Shown here: in pieces, positions 1 through 13,025 of the stretch
How positions within the stretch are numbered: position 1 is the first letter of the stretch
Layout of the letters: the number at the start of each line of letters is the position of its first letter
DNA from: Anaeramoeba ignava BMAN
Taxonomy: Eukaryota; Protista; Anaeramoebae
DNA length: 64,000 bases
Direction of reading: 5' to 3'
Assembly (NCBI GenBank): GCA_028826165.1
Contig: JAPDFW010000022.1
Span: 628,758 to 692,757 of the forward strand
Notes under the pieces: generated by a model
What the model was told of the DNA's origin: nothing
Database searches by the model: none
The model's input: the letters and a program-made list of their open reading frames with translations, nothing else
Made by a program: the position numbers and the translations under genes

Positions 1-586
1 TAAATTCAAATCAAAAATAATTCAAGAAAAAGAGCATTTCAATAAATTACAAGAATGGATAAATGATAATGAATTCTTTTCCAAAATGAAATTAAAATTT
101 TCAGCAAAAAAAGATGGATTTGATTGCAAACGATGGCATTCAATTTGTGACAACAAAGGAAAGACATTAGTTATTATTAAAACAAAAGATAATTTTATTT
201 TTGGAGGATTTACTCAAGCTGGATTTACAAATGATAAATTTAAATGGCATCATCGTTATAGGAAATATGATTTTGGATATATTCCAGATCCAAATTCTTT
301 TATCTTTTCATTAAGAAATGATAAAAGAGATCGAAAACCTGTGAGATTTTTAATTAAACAAGGAAGGAATCAATTCTCTATTTTTTATAGTTCAGATGGT
401 GGTCCAGGATTTGGTGCTGGAATTGATTTGTTACTTGATGAACAATTAAAATCTGGTAAATCTAATTTTGGGCATACTTATAATCTTCCTAAAGGAATTG
501 AATATGGAACAACTGAAGCTAAAAGTTATTTATCTGGTTCTTTTGATAAATGGATTGTTGATGAAGTTGAGACTTTTTTCATTTAA
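1..586 (+). CDS. TLDc-domain protein, 3' end (probably BTB/BACK-TLDc family; 5' part lies outside the window)
   Basis: Frame is open from nt 2 (KFKSKIIQEKEHFNKLQEWIND...). TLDc motifs: FSAKKDGF...WHSICDNKGKTLVIIKT..NFIFGGFT, SFIFSL, GPGFG.G.DL, VDEVETF. Paralogous to the C-terminus of the gene at 20865..23181. Confidence 0.9.
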   Translation, partial: KFKSKIIQEKEHFNKLQEWINDNEFFSKMKLKFSAKKDGFDCKRWHSICDNKGKTLVIIKTKDNFIFGGFTQAGFTNDKFKWHHRYRKYDFGYIPDPNSFIFSLRNDKRDRKPVRFLIKQGRNQFSIFYSSDGGPGFGAGIDLLLDEQLKSGKSNFGHTYNLPKGIEYGTTEAKSYLSGSFDKWIVDEVETFFI

Positions 587-589
587 AAT

Positions 590-1901
590 CTATAAATAAA
601 TTAAATATAAAAATTGGATTAATAAATTATAAATATTTAATCAAATATTCTTTATTTTCAAAATTATTTAAATTAATTTATAAATAAATTCTTTTTAATT
701 TTAATATTAGATTTTGAAATATTTTTAATTTAAATATTAAATAAATTAAATATAAAAATTGGATTAATAAATTATAAATATCTAATCAAATATTCTTTAT
801 TTTCAAAATTATTTAAATTAATTTATAAATAAATTCCTTTTTAATTTTAATATTAGATTTTGAAATATTTTTAATTTAAATATTAAATAAATTAAATATA
901 AAAATTGAATTAATAAATTATAAATATTTAATCAAATATTCTTTATTTTCAAAATTATTTAAATTAATTTATAAATAAATTCTTTTTAATTTTAATATTA
1001 AATTTTGAAATATTTTTAATTTAAATATTTAATAAAATAAATATAAAAATTGGATTAATAAATTATAAATATTTAATCAAATATTCTTTATTTTCAAAAT
1101 GATTTAAATTAATTTATAAATAAATTCTTTTTAATTTTAATATTAGATTTTGAAATATTTTTAATTTAAATATTTAATAAAATAAATATAAAAATTGGAT
1201 TAATAAATTATAAATATTTAATCAAATATTCTTTATTTTCAAAATGATTTAAATTAATTTATAAATAAATTCCTTTTTAATTTTAATATTAGATTTTGAA
1301 ATATTTTTAATTTAAATATTTAATAAATTAAATATAAAAATTGGATTAATAAATTATAAATATCTAATCAAATATTCTTTATTTTCAAAATGATTTAAAT
1401 TAATTTATAAATAAATTCCTTTTAGTTTTAATATTAAATTTTGAAATATTTTTAATTTAAATATTTAATAAATTAAATATAAAAATTGGATTAATAAATT
1501 ATAAATATTTAATCAAATATTCTTTATTTTCAAAATGATTTAAATTAATTTATAAATAAATTCCTTTTAATTTTAATATTAGATTTTGAAATATTTTTAA
1601 TTTAAATATTTAATAAAATAAATATAAAAATTGGATTAATAAATTATAAATATCTAATCAAATATTCTTTATTTTCAAAATGATTTAAATTAATTTATAA
1701 ATAAATTCCTTTTTAATTTTAATATTAGATTTTGAAATATTTTTAATTTAAATATTTAATAAAATAAATATAAAAATTGAATTAATAAATTATAAATATT
1801 TAATCAAATATTCTTTATTTCCAAAATGATTTAAATTAATTTATAAATAAATTCTTTTTAATTTTAATATTAGATTTTGAAATATTTTTAATTTAAATAT
1901 T
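590..1901. repeat. Tandem satellite, 145-146 bp unit, about 9 copies
   Basis: Marker AATTG(G/A)ATTAATAAATTATAAATAT has its first G at 616, 761, 907, 1052, 1197, 1343, 1488, 1633 and 1779. Copies are nearly identical. Confidence 0.95.
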
Positions 1902-2065
1902 CGTTAAATATTTTTTTTTTAAATAAACAAACAGTATTTAAGAGTATTATTAAAAAGAAAAAAATTTTTATCATTTTTTCTTTTTCTTTTTCTTTCTTTT
2001 TCCTTTTTTTCTTTATTAAATTTAGTTTATTGTTTTAATTTAAATTTAATTTAAATTTAATTTAA

Positions 2066-5000
2066 ATGACTTCTTTATTTCAAAAATTTAATGAACCTTC
2101 TAAAAATGAAGAAGAAAAAAGACAAATTATTCAAAATCTTTCCAAAAAATCAGTTAATGAAAGAGTTTCTTTTGCAACTGAATTTTGTAAATCTCTTCTT
2201 TCTCCATTTCAACAAGATCCTTCAATTGAAAAATTATTTAATCATTTTCTTTCTTATGTAAAAAAAACAATATCACAAAATTTTAAATCACAAATTTCCC
2301 ATATTTATTCATATATTTATTCATATATTTATTCATATATTTATTCCAATATTTATTCCTATATTTATTCCAATATTTATTTATATATTTATTCCAATAT
2401 TTATTTAAATATTTATTCCAATATTTATTCATATATTTATTCATATATTTATTCATATATTTATTCCAATATTTATTCATATATTTATTCATATATTTAT
2501 TCATATATTTATTCATATATTTATTCATATATTTATAATTTAAATATTTATTAAATTTTTTAAACAATATTTATTCATATATTTATTCATATTTTTATTC
2601 ATATTTTTCATTTATTTTTCATTTTTTTTATTAAATTTATTCCAATATTTATTCCAATATTTATTCAAATATTTATTCAATATTTATTCATATATTTATT
2701 CCAATATTTATTCAAAATATATTTATTCAATATTTATTCCAATATTTATTTAAATATTTATTCAATATTTATTCAAATATTTATTTTAAATATTTATTCC
2801 TATATTTATTTAAATATTTATTCAATATTTATTCATATATTTATTCCAATATTTATTCCAATATTTATTCATATATTTATTCAAATATTTATTCAAATAT
2901 TTATTCCAATATTTATTCATATATTTATTTAAAAATTTATTCATATATTTATTCCTATATTTATTTAAATATTTATTCAAATATTTATTCCAATATTTAT
3001 TCCAATATTTATTCCAATATTTATTCCAATATTTATTCCAATATTTATTCATATATTTATTCCAATATTTATTTAAATATTTATTCAAAAATTTATTCAT
3101 ATATTTATTTAATTATTTATTTCAATATTTATTCCAATATTTATTTAATTATTTATTCAAATATTTATTCAAATATTTATTCATATATTTATTAAAATAT
3201 TTAATTAAATTATTAGATAAATGACTTTTCACCTCAAGATCTTTCTGATTTAATTGGATTGGTTTTTAGAGGAATTTTTAAAGAAGGAGATTTTGAAGGA
3301 CAACCTTTTATTTTAAATATTATTCCAAAATCTGTTTCTTTACTTGAAAATTTTGCACTGGAAAAACAAAACAAACATAAATTTATCCAAATATCTTGTG
3401 TAGAGGGAAAAAAGAATAAGAAGTTAACACTATCTATATTTCGTAACTATATTTTTTCATTTCTTATAAAACAAAAATGGCCTCAAAATTTATCCATCTC
3501 AATGATATCAATGATTCGCGAAATGGAATTGAATGAAGAAGAAACAACCACACTTTTGAAGTCGTTGAGTTCCAAACTCAAAGAATCTGAACCTCAAAAT
3601 CTACCTTCTTTTATCCATAAACTTCTTTTAATCAAAAATAATCGAGAAAAAACAATGAAAATTGTTGTGAAGTTTCTGAATAATATTCAATATTATTTTA
3701 CCCAAACTAACACAAAAAAACTTTGGGAAATTTGCGCAAAATCAATCGAGCACATCAACCTCGCAGCAAGACAATCACCAGCATTAGGAAAGATGATCAT
3801 CAACAAATTCAAAAAATTCTCACCAAAAAATTTCTCTGCATTCAACATAACACTTCTGTTTGCACTTACATACATTCAAAGATTCTCAACAGAACTTAAT
3901 GGGATTCTCCACAAAATAGTCAATGATGCTTGCGATTCTGAAATTTATATGGCAAGCGAAAGTTGGTTCAAAAAAATTCATCACGAAATTAACAAGAGAG
4001 AAAAAAATAACGAAAATATCCCCCAAAATGAAAATAACGAAAATATCCCCCCAAAAATTAATGACACTTTCAAGATGATTATCAAGAATAATGCTGAGCA
4101 TAAATGGTATCATGTCCATCCCAAAATGCTGAACTTTGCGACACAATTGATTGATAAATTTGCTGTTGTGAAGGGAAAAAACACAACAACAATAACAGCA
4201 ACAACGAAATGGGGATTAACAACACCAGGTCATGTTATGATCACGCGGAATTTCACGACAAAACAAAAGGAGATGATTGATTTAGCGAAGCTGATTATCA
4301 AGGAGATTTTCTCCTGTGATGAAAGTGCACAACGAACTGTTTTGTCATTAATTTTTGCTCGAATAATCTCGAAGACACCCAATAGTTACTTCTACATATC
4401 AATCTTGCACGATCTTGTCCTGCAAAATCCGCAGGCATTCCAACAAGAACATCATCAAAAAACCCTTATTCATGGGATCGATTACATCAATCTTGAGCCT
4501 TCTGATTTGTTGCTAATGGTTATTGCACTGAATTCGCTTCTTTCTGACTCTCCAGAGCTTTTTGACCGCATGCTTCTTGCTCTCCGCCAGATGCAAATCT
4601 CAAGTGATGTTGATTCTCGTGTGATTGCTGTTGTGGGTCTTGCAAAATTAACATCTGTCAAAATTCCCCAGAAGTTGCCACAGATTTATGAGGCTGTTTT
4701 CTGGTCTTTGAGACAGCAAGGACCTGTTAAACTCCAATTTTATCACCAAATACAAGAAATTTTGGATCATCAAATTTTGCTTTTAAGATCACAAAAAGAG
4801 GATCAAAATGAAAATTCTCAATCTCAATACAAATCTCAATCACAACCTTCTGGTGAACCAACATTGGCTCTTGTTTCTATACTTGATACTCTTGCGGCTC
4901 AACTTTCGGCTCATTTCCAACCTGCAGAACTTGTTTCAAAACGCGATAAACAAATGGGACGCATCAAGATTGATAACTGCATTGATAATTCCTCACCTCC

Positions 5001-7374
5001 GCGAATAGTTGAACCGATCCCTGTTCTTCTTCTGTGTCTCTCGAATTGTTTGAATGCAATACGCTCTGTTGTACCAGATTCAAAATCTCGTGAGAAGACG
5101 ATCCACAATTACAAGATAATCAGAAGCAACTTTGAAAAGATGGGGATTCAACTTGCACAGACAAATTCCGAAGAGTTTGAGTTTCATCGAGACACTTCAT
5201 TTGTTTTAACAAGTCCTCTTGGGAAAATCAACTACTTAATTGCTATTATGCTTCTTGGTTCGTATGAAGTTTACATTTCTCATTTCGCAACTCGATATCG
5301 CAATTCAAATGCAAAAAAACAAAAATATCTACAGCTTATTTGTCAGTTAATTGAGAAATATGACTCTTTAAAAATTCTCGTTTCAGTTCCAACAAAAAGA
5401 CCCAAAATGCAATCTCAAAAAAAGAGGAAGAAAAAAACAAACGAAGATGAGGATCAAGAAAAAAATGTTCAACCTATTATTGATTTAGATGCAAACACAA
5501 AGCAGCGCAAGTCCCATTCACTTGAAAACAATTTCTACGATGCAATTTCACTATTCGACCCGCGAGTTGTGTCTTTCAGCACTGTCGAAATAGCGATCTA
5601 TTTACTGGAACTTCTCAATGATAAGCGTCCTGAAGATTTTCTTCTGATTGGAGGTGTTTATCAAGTTTATCACTATGCAATCTCAGTTATGCTAAGAAGA
5701 ATACCGTTGATAGAGCTTGATCTCCAAGTCATGCCGCATATTTGGTCATTGTATCACAACCCACAAGAAGAAAGACAGAAGATCTTCTCACTATATCAGA
5801 CAGCATCTCGTTTGCTGATCCAAAATTATGGTCGACGAAAAATTCCCAAATATATTTCCGATATTGACGAAGAAATGCTCACCGAAAATACACAAACAAA
5901 CACAAATTCTATTAAACAAGACTCGCATAATAGTGCTCCGCAAGATGCGGATGAGAAAACCCAAAAGAAGAAAAAGCCAGCATATCCAAATGAGAATCTT
6001 GGAACAATGACACTGTCTGCACTTGAGAAAATCCTAAGTCAAATTATTACTTTTAATTTTAATATAGATAACGCTCCAAGCATTCTCCTCAATAACATGT
6101 TTCTTGAAAGCTCTCAGTCACATAAGTCATCAGAACCATCAATGCAGAAGCATCTCCAGAAGTTCCTTGATTGGATAAAGGGGTTGATTGAAGAGAAATC
6201 TGCGAAGGAAATTGAGATCTTCTGCCAGATCGCAAATCACGTCGCAAAAGTAACACATGAAATAAAGGATTGCGCTTCATGGATTTCCAACTTTCTGCGC
6301 AATGTCTCCATATCAAAAGTAAACCTCTCCAAAACTCTTCTTTCTTTGAGTCTTAATATTATTCTTTTATCAGACCATCTCGATCTCCTTTTCTTTATCG
6401 AGGAAATTGCTTCTGATCTTGAACGAGAATTCAAAACTGCAAGAACAAAAATGGATCAGGAAGATGAACCAAGTTTTTTTCCACACTTTATCAACTCAAA
6501 AACTCATCCTCATCTTGCAAACGAACTTGTAAAATTCCTCAACTTCGATATTCTTCCCGAAATTGAACTTGGAATTGACCAAGATATACACACTGCGATA
6601 ATCTACACAGACAAAAACATTTCTCTTCTTGTTGATTCACTTAAACATGTTGCAAATGTTATCACGAAACTGCTAAGATCATTTGTCCCTATTTTTCCAA
6701 CAGTTATTAAATTTTTCCAAATTTTGCAAAAGGTTGCTTTTGTTTTGGAAAAAAGTCCTGAAACTTCACCTCCACCAAATAAATTCCAACAAATTTTCCA
6801 CAAAGAATCTGGTTGGTATAATGTTTTAAAGAAAAACGTTGAAGTTTTCATTGATTTTTGCTATAATTCAAAAGCTAAAAATTTAGGAATTGATAAAATT
6901 AGTTCAGTTTCACTTCAAATTGAGAAATTTGAAAGTCAACTTATTCTTTTATCAAAAAGATTTGGAATCAAAATTCTCAAAAGATTAAAACTTAGTTCAT
7001 ATCATCAAGTTAATTTTGAAGATGTTCCTTCAGTTAATTCGAATTCAACAAATTCAGAAAGGAAATCACAAAAGAAATCACAAAAAACAAAAGAAGAATC
7101 AAATAAAAAAACAAATAAGAAATCACATAAAAAATCAAATAAAAAATCAAATAAAAAATCAAATGAAAAATCAAATAAAGAATCAAATGAAAAATCAAAA
7201 GAAAAATCAAAAGAAGAATCAAATAAAGAATCAAATAAAGAATCAAATAAATCAAAAGAAGAATTAAAAGAAGAATCAAATAAAGAATCAAATAAATCAA
7301 AAGAAGAATCAAATAAAAAATCAAATAAAAAATCAAATAAAGAAAAATCAAAAAGAAAAAGAAGAATCAAATAA
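2066..7374 (+). CDS. FANCI: Fanconi anemia group I protein (FANCI) homolog; exons 2066-2257 and 3217-7374
   Basis: GT at 2258 and AG at 3216 join in frame. [45 protein letters not shown] and [27 protein letters not shown] resemble FANCI blocks recalled from the human protein (LILVLRKAMF..LDARKSAVAG; LSQQADVRLMLY; IEQYEKFLIHLSKKSKVNL..MKLS). The KKSN/KESN repeat tail probably continues past a frameshift near 7355. Confidence 0.8.
2258..3216 (+). repeat. FANCI intron 1, filled with an ~12-bp repeat (ATATTTATTCMA-like)
   Basis: 959-nt GT-AG intron whose only G residues are its first and last bases. Confidence 0.9.
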
Positions 7375-7811
7375 AAAACCAAAAGAAGAATCAAAAAAGA
7401 AAATCAAATAAAGAATCAAATAAAGAATCAAATAAAAAATCACATAAAAAATCAAATAAAAAATCAAATAAAGAATCAAATAAAAAACCAAATAAAAAAC
7501 CAAAAGAAGAATCACATAAAAAACCAAAAGAAGAATTAAAAGAAGAATCAAATAAAAAATCAAATAAAGAATCAAATGAAAAATCAAATAAAAAAGCAAA
7601 AGAAGAATCACATAAAAAATCACATAAAAAAGCTCGTCATAAAAAATCACATTCAAAAAAAGATTAAAAATATTTCTTCTTCTTTCTTTTTTTTATATTA
7701 ATTTAATTTGAATTGCTTTTTAAAACTTTGATTTTTTTTTCTAAAAAAAAAATTAAAAAAAAAATACAAATTTCTTTCTCTTTTTCTCTTTAATTTCTTT
7801 TATCAAATTAT

Positions 7812-10800
7812 TCAATCATTTTCTAATTGTCTAACCCAATCTTCAAATTCATTTTTCTCACAAATAAAATGATACAAATCAACTTCATCAATAGATTTTT
7901 GAAGAATAATTGAAAATATTGAAATCTTATCAGAATATCTAGATTGAAAATCAATTTGAATAATCTTTTTCAAATAAACGAAATCAATAGGTTCCGTTTT
8001 GGTTGGTAATAAACTTGGTTCTTTTTCAAAAATAAAGAGATAATCACCTTGAATTTGAACAAATCTCTTTTGAAAATTTTGATTATTTTCTCCTTTTCCA
8101 AAATATAAATATCCTTGTTTTTTAATCCTTTTTTTCGCAATTATTTTTTGTATTTCTGAAAATTCTAATTGGTTTTCTTCATTTTGTTCAATATTTGAAT
8201 ATGCTTGATAAACTAATTCCACTTTCTTTTCAATTGGTAAATATTTGTTATTAAATTCTTCAACTGAGTTTTTCAAAAATTCAATTTCTTTTCTTTTTAA
8301 ACATATTTTTTCAAGAAAATCTTTTGCTCTAAAAGAACCTGATTCTGATAAAAAATCATTTTCAAATCCCCGAAACATTGTTTGAATTTCTGAGAAAAAT
8401 TTAAGTGATATTTTTTTCTGTTTGTTTCTTTTTGTATTCTTTATATTATCAAGAAATAATGAATATATAAATATTGGTGATTCAAAATATTCTGTATTAT
8501 CAAAAGAATTTGAAATTTTATCAAAATTGTTCATTGAAAATTCTTCACTTTTCTGACAATTAATAATTTTTTCAAAAAAATTGCTAGAAATTATTTGTTG
8601 TTTTATTTCTTTTTTGTTATCTAAAGTTTCTGTTATTGTATTGATTGGATTTTCCATCATTTTTTCCAAAGCATATTTCTTTGCATTTTCGAAAATGGAT
8701 TTAACTGTCTATTTTTTTTTAAATTTTAATTTTAATTTTAATTTTAATTTTAATTTTAATTTAATTTTTTTTACTTCTTCTAAATTTGGAATGAATAAAT
8801 TTTTCATGAAATCATTTATAAAATCTATTATTTGTGAAACCATAAAATCTTGATGAACCAAATTTAAAAATTTTTTAAATATTAATTTATGAAGCTTTAA
8901 AGAATCCAATTCTAAAAATAATTAAAATTAAAATTGAAATTAAAATTCATTTATAAAATTAAATTATTCAATTTTTACTTGAAGAGAGTAATTTCATAAC
9001 ATTTTGATTTGCAAGAATTTGAGATGATAATTCACTAAAAAATATCACCAAGAAATTATAAATCACAAAAGCAATATGAATTGCTCTTAAAATATTTTCA
9101 TCATTTTCGGATTTTAATTCATTTTCTTCAATAATTACAATGAAAATTTTTTTCCATAAATCTTCGAAATTAAAATTTGGAATATTGTTAATTTGTAATT
9201 CAATTTCTTGATAAAAGTCTGTAACATCATTCTTTGAAATTAAACTCATTTCATAATGTAAAAGAATGTATTGTATTGTATGAATTAATTGAAGAGATAA
9301 TTTAGAAGGACGAAACTAATTAAAATTAAAATTAAAATTAAAATTAAAATTAAAATTAAAATTAAAATTAAAATTAAAATTAAAATTAAAATTAATAAAA
9401 TTAAAATTAAAATTTGAATTAAAATTAAAATTAAAATTAAAATTAATATTGAAATTAAAATTTGAAATTAATATTTGAAATTAAAATTTGAATTTATATT
9501 TAAAATTAATTAATATTTGAAATTATATTTAAAATTAATATTTGAAATTAATATTTGAAATTAATATTTGAAATTAAAATTTGAAATTAATATTTGAAAT
9601 TAATATTTGAAATTAAAATTAAAATAAAATTTGAAATTAATATTTAAAATTAATATTTAAAATTATATTTAAAATATTTGAATTTATCTACATTTTCATC
9701 CTTTTCTGAGTTAATAAAACCAAAATGTAAATCAACATTTTGTAAATCTGAATATTTCTCTGAAAATTGTAACATATTGGAAAATTTCTTAATCGTTTCA
9801 TTTCCATTTTGAATAAATTTTTGCATTTCTTCAAACAATTGATTATGGTCCTTTTCAAAAGATACAAGCATTTGAATATTATCTAATACAGCAAATTTAG
9901 GTGTTTCTAATAAATTTTGTTTATAAAAAGTTTGATTTTTAACTTTTTTCTTTTTCTTGTTTTTTTTCTCTTTTTTTTCTTTTTCAATTTGAGATTCTAA
10001 TTCTTCAGTTTTCTTTTCTAAATCAACAATAATTTTCTCTTCATTTTTGATTTTCTCATAAACTTGTTGAATTTGATTAGAAACTGGTTTTTTTTTTGTT
10101 ATTTTTTGTGTCTTTGGGAACATAAAAGCATTTCGAAATTTATGAATTTCTAAATTTGCTGATTTTGGAGAAACAGGATTAGTACGAGGAAATTTCATGT
10201 TCATTTTCTCCAAAAGTTGTGAAATATATCCTGTTTTTTGTGTTTCTGTTTCAATTTTTAAATTTGGTTTTTTTTTTGATTTTCTTTTCGGAACTGAGTT
10301 TTCCTTTGTATTTTTTGATTGATTTTCGTTTTTTAATTGCTTTGTATTTTTTGGTTGATTTTTTTGTTCTTTAAATCGGTCAATTACAGTTGAAATTTGA
10401 TTTTTTGAATCTTCATTTTTTGGGTTTTGTTTTTTTCTAGATTTTGCTTTTTGGATTAAATCTTGAATGTTGTTTGGCAGTTCTTTATCTTTTGAAGATA
10501 ATTGAGAATTTGAACTCCATAAAAAAATATTGCAAATAAATTTAATAATTTCATCTTCATTTCCCTAATAAATATTTTTTCTTTTTAAAATGAAATTATT
10601 ATTATTTATATTTGTGGATTATAAAATACATTAACGATATCGTCAGGTGTACAAATAAATCTGGAGTATGTTGTTTGCGAAATTAATTCTATTAATTTGT
10701 TTGCTCTTTCTTTTATTTCTTTAAGTTGGAGAACTTCCAAAAAGTTTGCATTTCCTTGCAAAGTTTCTTTGAGTAAGTAAGAAAGGCAGATTGAATCCTT

Positions 10801-12762
10801 TTTAATTTATAAATTTAATTATAAATTTAATTATAAATTTATTTATAAATTTAATTATAAATTTAATTATAAATTTAATTATAAATTTATTTATAAATTT
10901 AATTATAAATTTAATTATAAATTTAATTATAAATTTAATTATAAATTTGATTATAAATTTAATTATAAATTTAATTATAAATTTTGAAATAAATATAATT
11001 ATAAATTTAATTATAAATATAATTATAAATATAATTATAAATTTAATTATAAATTTAAATATAAATATAATTATAAATTTAATTATAAATATAATTATAA
11101 ATTTAATTATAAATTTAATTATAAATATAATTATAAATTTAATTATAAATTTAATTATAAATTTAATTATAAATTTAATTATAAATTTAATTATAAATTT
11201 AATTATAAATTTGATTATAAATTTGATTATAAATTTAATTATAAATTTAATTATAAATTTAATTATAAATTTAATTATAAATATAATTATAAATTTAATT
11301 ATAAATTTAATTATAAATTTAATTATAAATTTAATTATAAATATTATTATAAATTTAATTATAAATATAATTATAAATATAATTATAAATATTATTATAT
11401 AAATTTTTATTATAAATTTAATTATAAATTTAATTATAAATTTAATTATAAATTTAATTATAAATTTAATTATAAATTAATTAATTATAAAATCTCATTA
11501 TAAATTTATTTATAAAATTATAAATTTAAATATAAATAAATTAATTATAAAAATATAATATAAATAAATATAATTATAAATATAATTATATTATAAATAT
11601 AATTATAAATTAAATTTAATTATAAATTTAATTATAAAAATTTAATTATAAATTTAATTATAAATTTAATTATAAATATTATTATAAGCTAGAATTTAAT
11701 TATAAATTTAATTATAAATTTAATTATAAATATTATTATAAAATATATTTATATAATTATATAAAATTATAATTTAAATTTAATTATAAATTTAATTATA
11801 AATTTTATTATAAATTTAATTATAAATTTAATTATAAAATATAATTATAAATATAATTATAGATTTGGGATTATAAATTTAATTATAAATATAATTATAA
11901 ATTTAATTATAAATATAATTATAAATATAATTATAAATTTAATTATAAATTTAATTATAAATTTAATTAATTATAAATATAATTATAAATTTAATTATAA
12001 ATTTAATTATAAATTTATTATAAAATATAATTATATTTGATTATAAATTTTTAATTATAAATTTAATTATAAATTTAATTATAAATTTAATTTAAAAATT
12101 ATAAATAATTATTATAATTATATTTGATTTAATTTATAAATTTAATTATAAATTTAATTATAAATATAATTATAAATTTAATTATAAATTTAATTATAAA
12201 TTTAATTATAAATTTTAATTATAAATTTAATTATAAATTTAATTATAAATTTAATTATAAATTTAATTATAAATTTAATTATATATTTAATTATAAATTT
12301 AATTATAAATTTAATTATAAATTTAATTATAAATTTAATTATAAATTTAATTATAAATTTAATTATAAATTTAATTATAAATTTAATTATAAATTTAATT
12401 ATAAATTTAATTATAAATTTAATTATAAATTTAATTATAAATTTAATTATAAATTTAATTATAAATTTAATTATAAATATAATTATAAATTAAATTTATA
12501 AATTTAATAATTATAAATTTAATTATAAATTTAATTACAAATATAATTATAAATTTAATTATAGAATTTTTACATGTAAATCAGATCCAAAATTCTCAAT
12601 TTTTCTATTCAAACTTTTCGTTAAATGAAAATTCACCCAATTTATTAAAACTTGCTTTGGGGAAAGATTTTTATCTTCTTTTGAACTAAAAAGTTGAGCA
12701 GAAGGATGATATCTTACTCTATATAGCAAAGCTCTTGCTTCTAAAGAAAGATTAGAAGACAT
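7812..12762 (-). CDS. Protein with N-terminal calponin-homology domain, coiled coil and C-terminal PH domain; 6 exons
   Basis: Spliced product includes LSPKQVLINWVNFHL..RKIENFGSDLH|DS...FICTPDDIVN|GNEDEIIKFICNIF (fimbrin/plastin-type CH) and KKQGYLYF...FQKRFVQIQGDYLFIFE...FEDWVRQLE (PH). Five GT-AG introns keep the frame; intron 1 is 10798-12573. Confidence 0.75.
10798..12573 (-). repeat. 1.78-kb intron filled with the 12-bp repeat (TTATAAATTTAA)n
   Basis: Nearly pure A/T array between donor CAT|GTA (12573) and acceptor AAAG|GAT (10798). Confidence 0.9.
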
Positions 12763-13025
12763 TTTTCTTTTTGCTTTTTTTTTTGTTAATTTTTGTTAAT
12801 TTAAAAAAATGAAAGAAAAAAATGAAAAAATAAATTAAAAAAAAATTGTTTTTTTATTTAGATTTTGTTTCTTTCTTAAAATTAAAAATTAGAATAAAAA
12901 CTAAATGATATTTGACATAAAAAACTATCAAAATTTGATTTGATTTTTTTAAATTTCCTGTAATTAATTCTTTAATTAAATTTCTTTCCATTTCATTTCA
13001 ATCTTTTATTATTTTTTAAATTGTT

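Noticed and set aside
590-1901. CRISPR-like array
   Set aside because: Units repeat over their whole length with no unique spacers, there are no cas genes, and the context is eukaryotic.
2283-3100. NKYM/NKYW repeat ORFs and the YSYI extension of ORF 2066..2554
   Set aside because: These are read-throughs of the repeat-filled FANCI intron 1 (2258-3216).
10947-11402. IINL-repeat ORF and similar low-complexity ORFs (18048-18516, 26887-27078, 28781-29068, 34388-34672, 41544-42057, 52650-53300)
   Set aside because: Stop-free frames of intronic or intergenic microsatellites, or antisense shadows of coding repeats.
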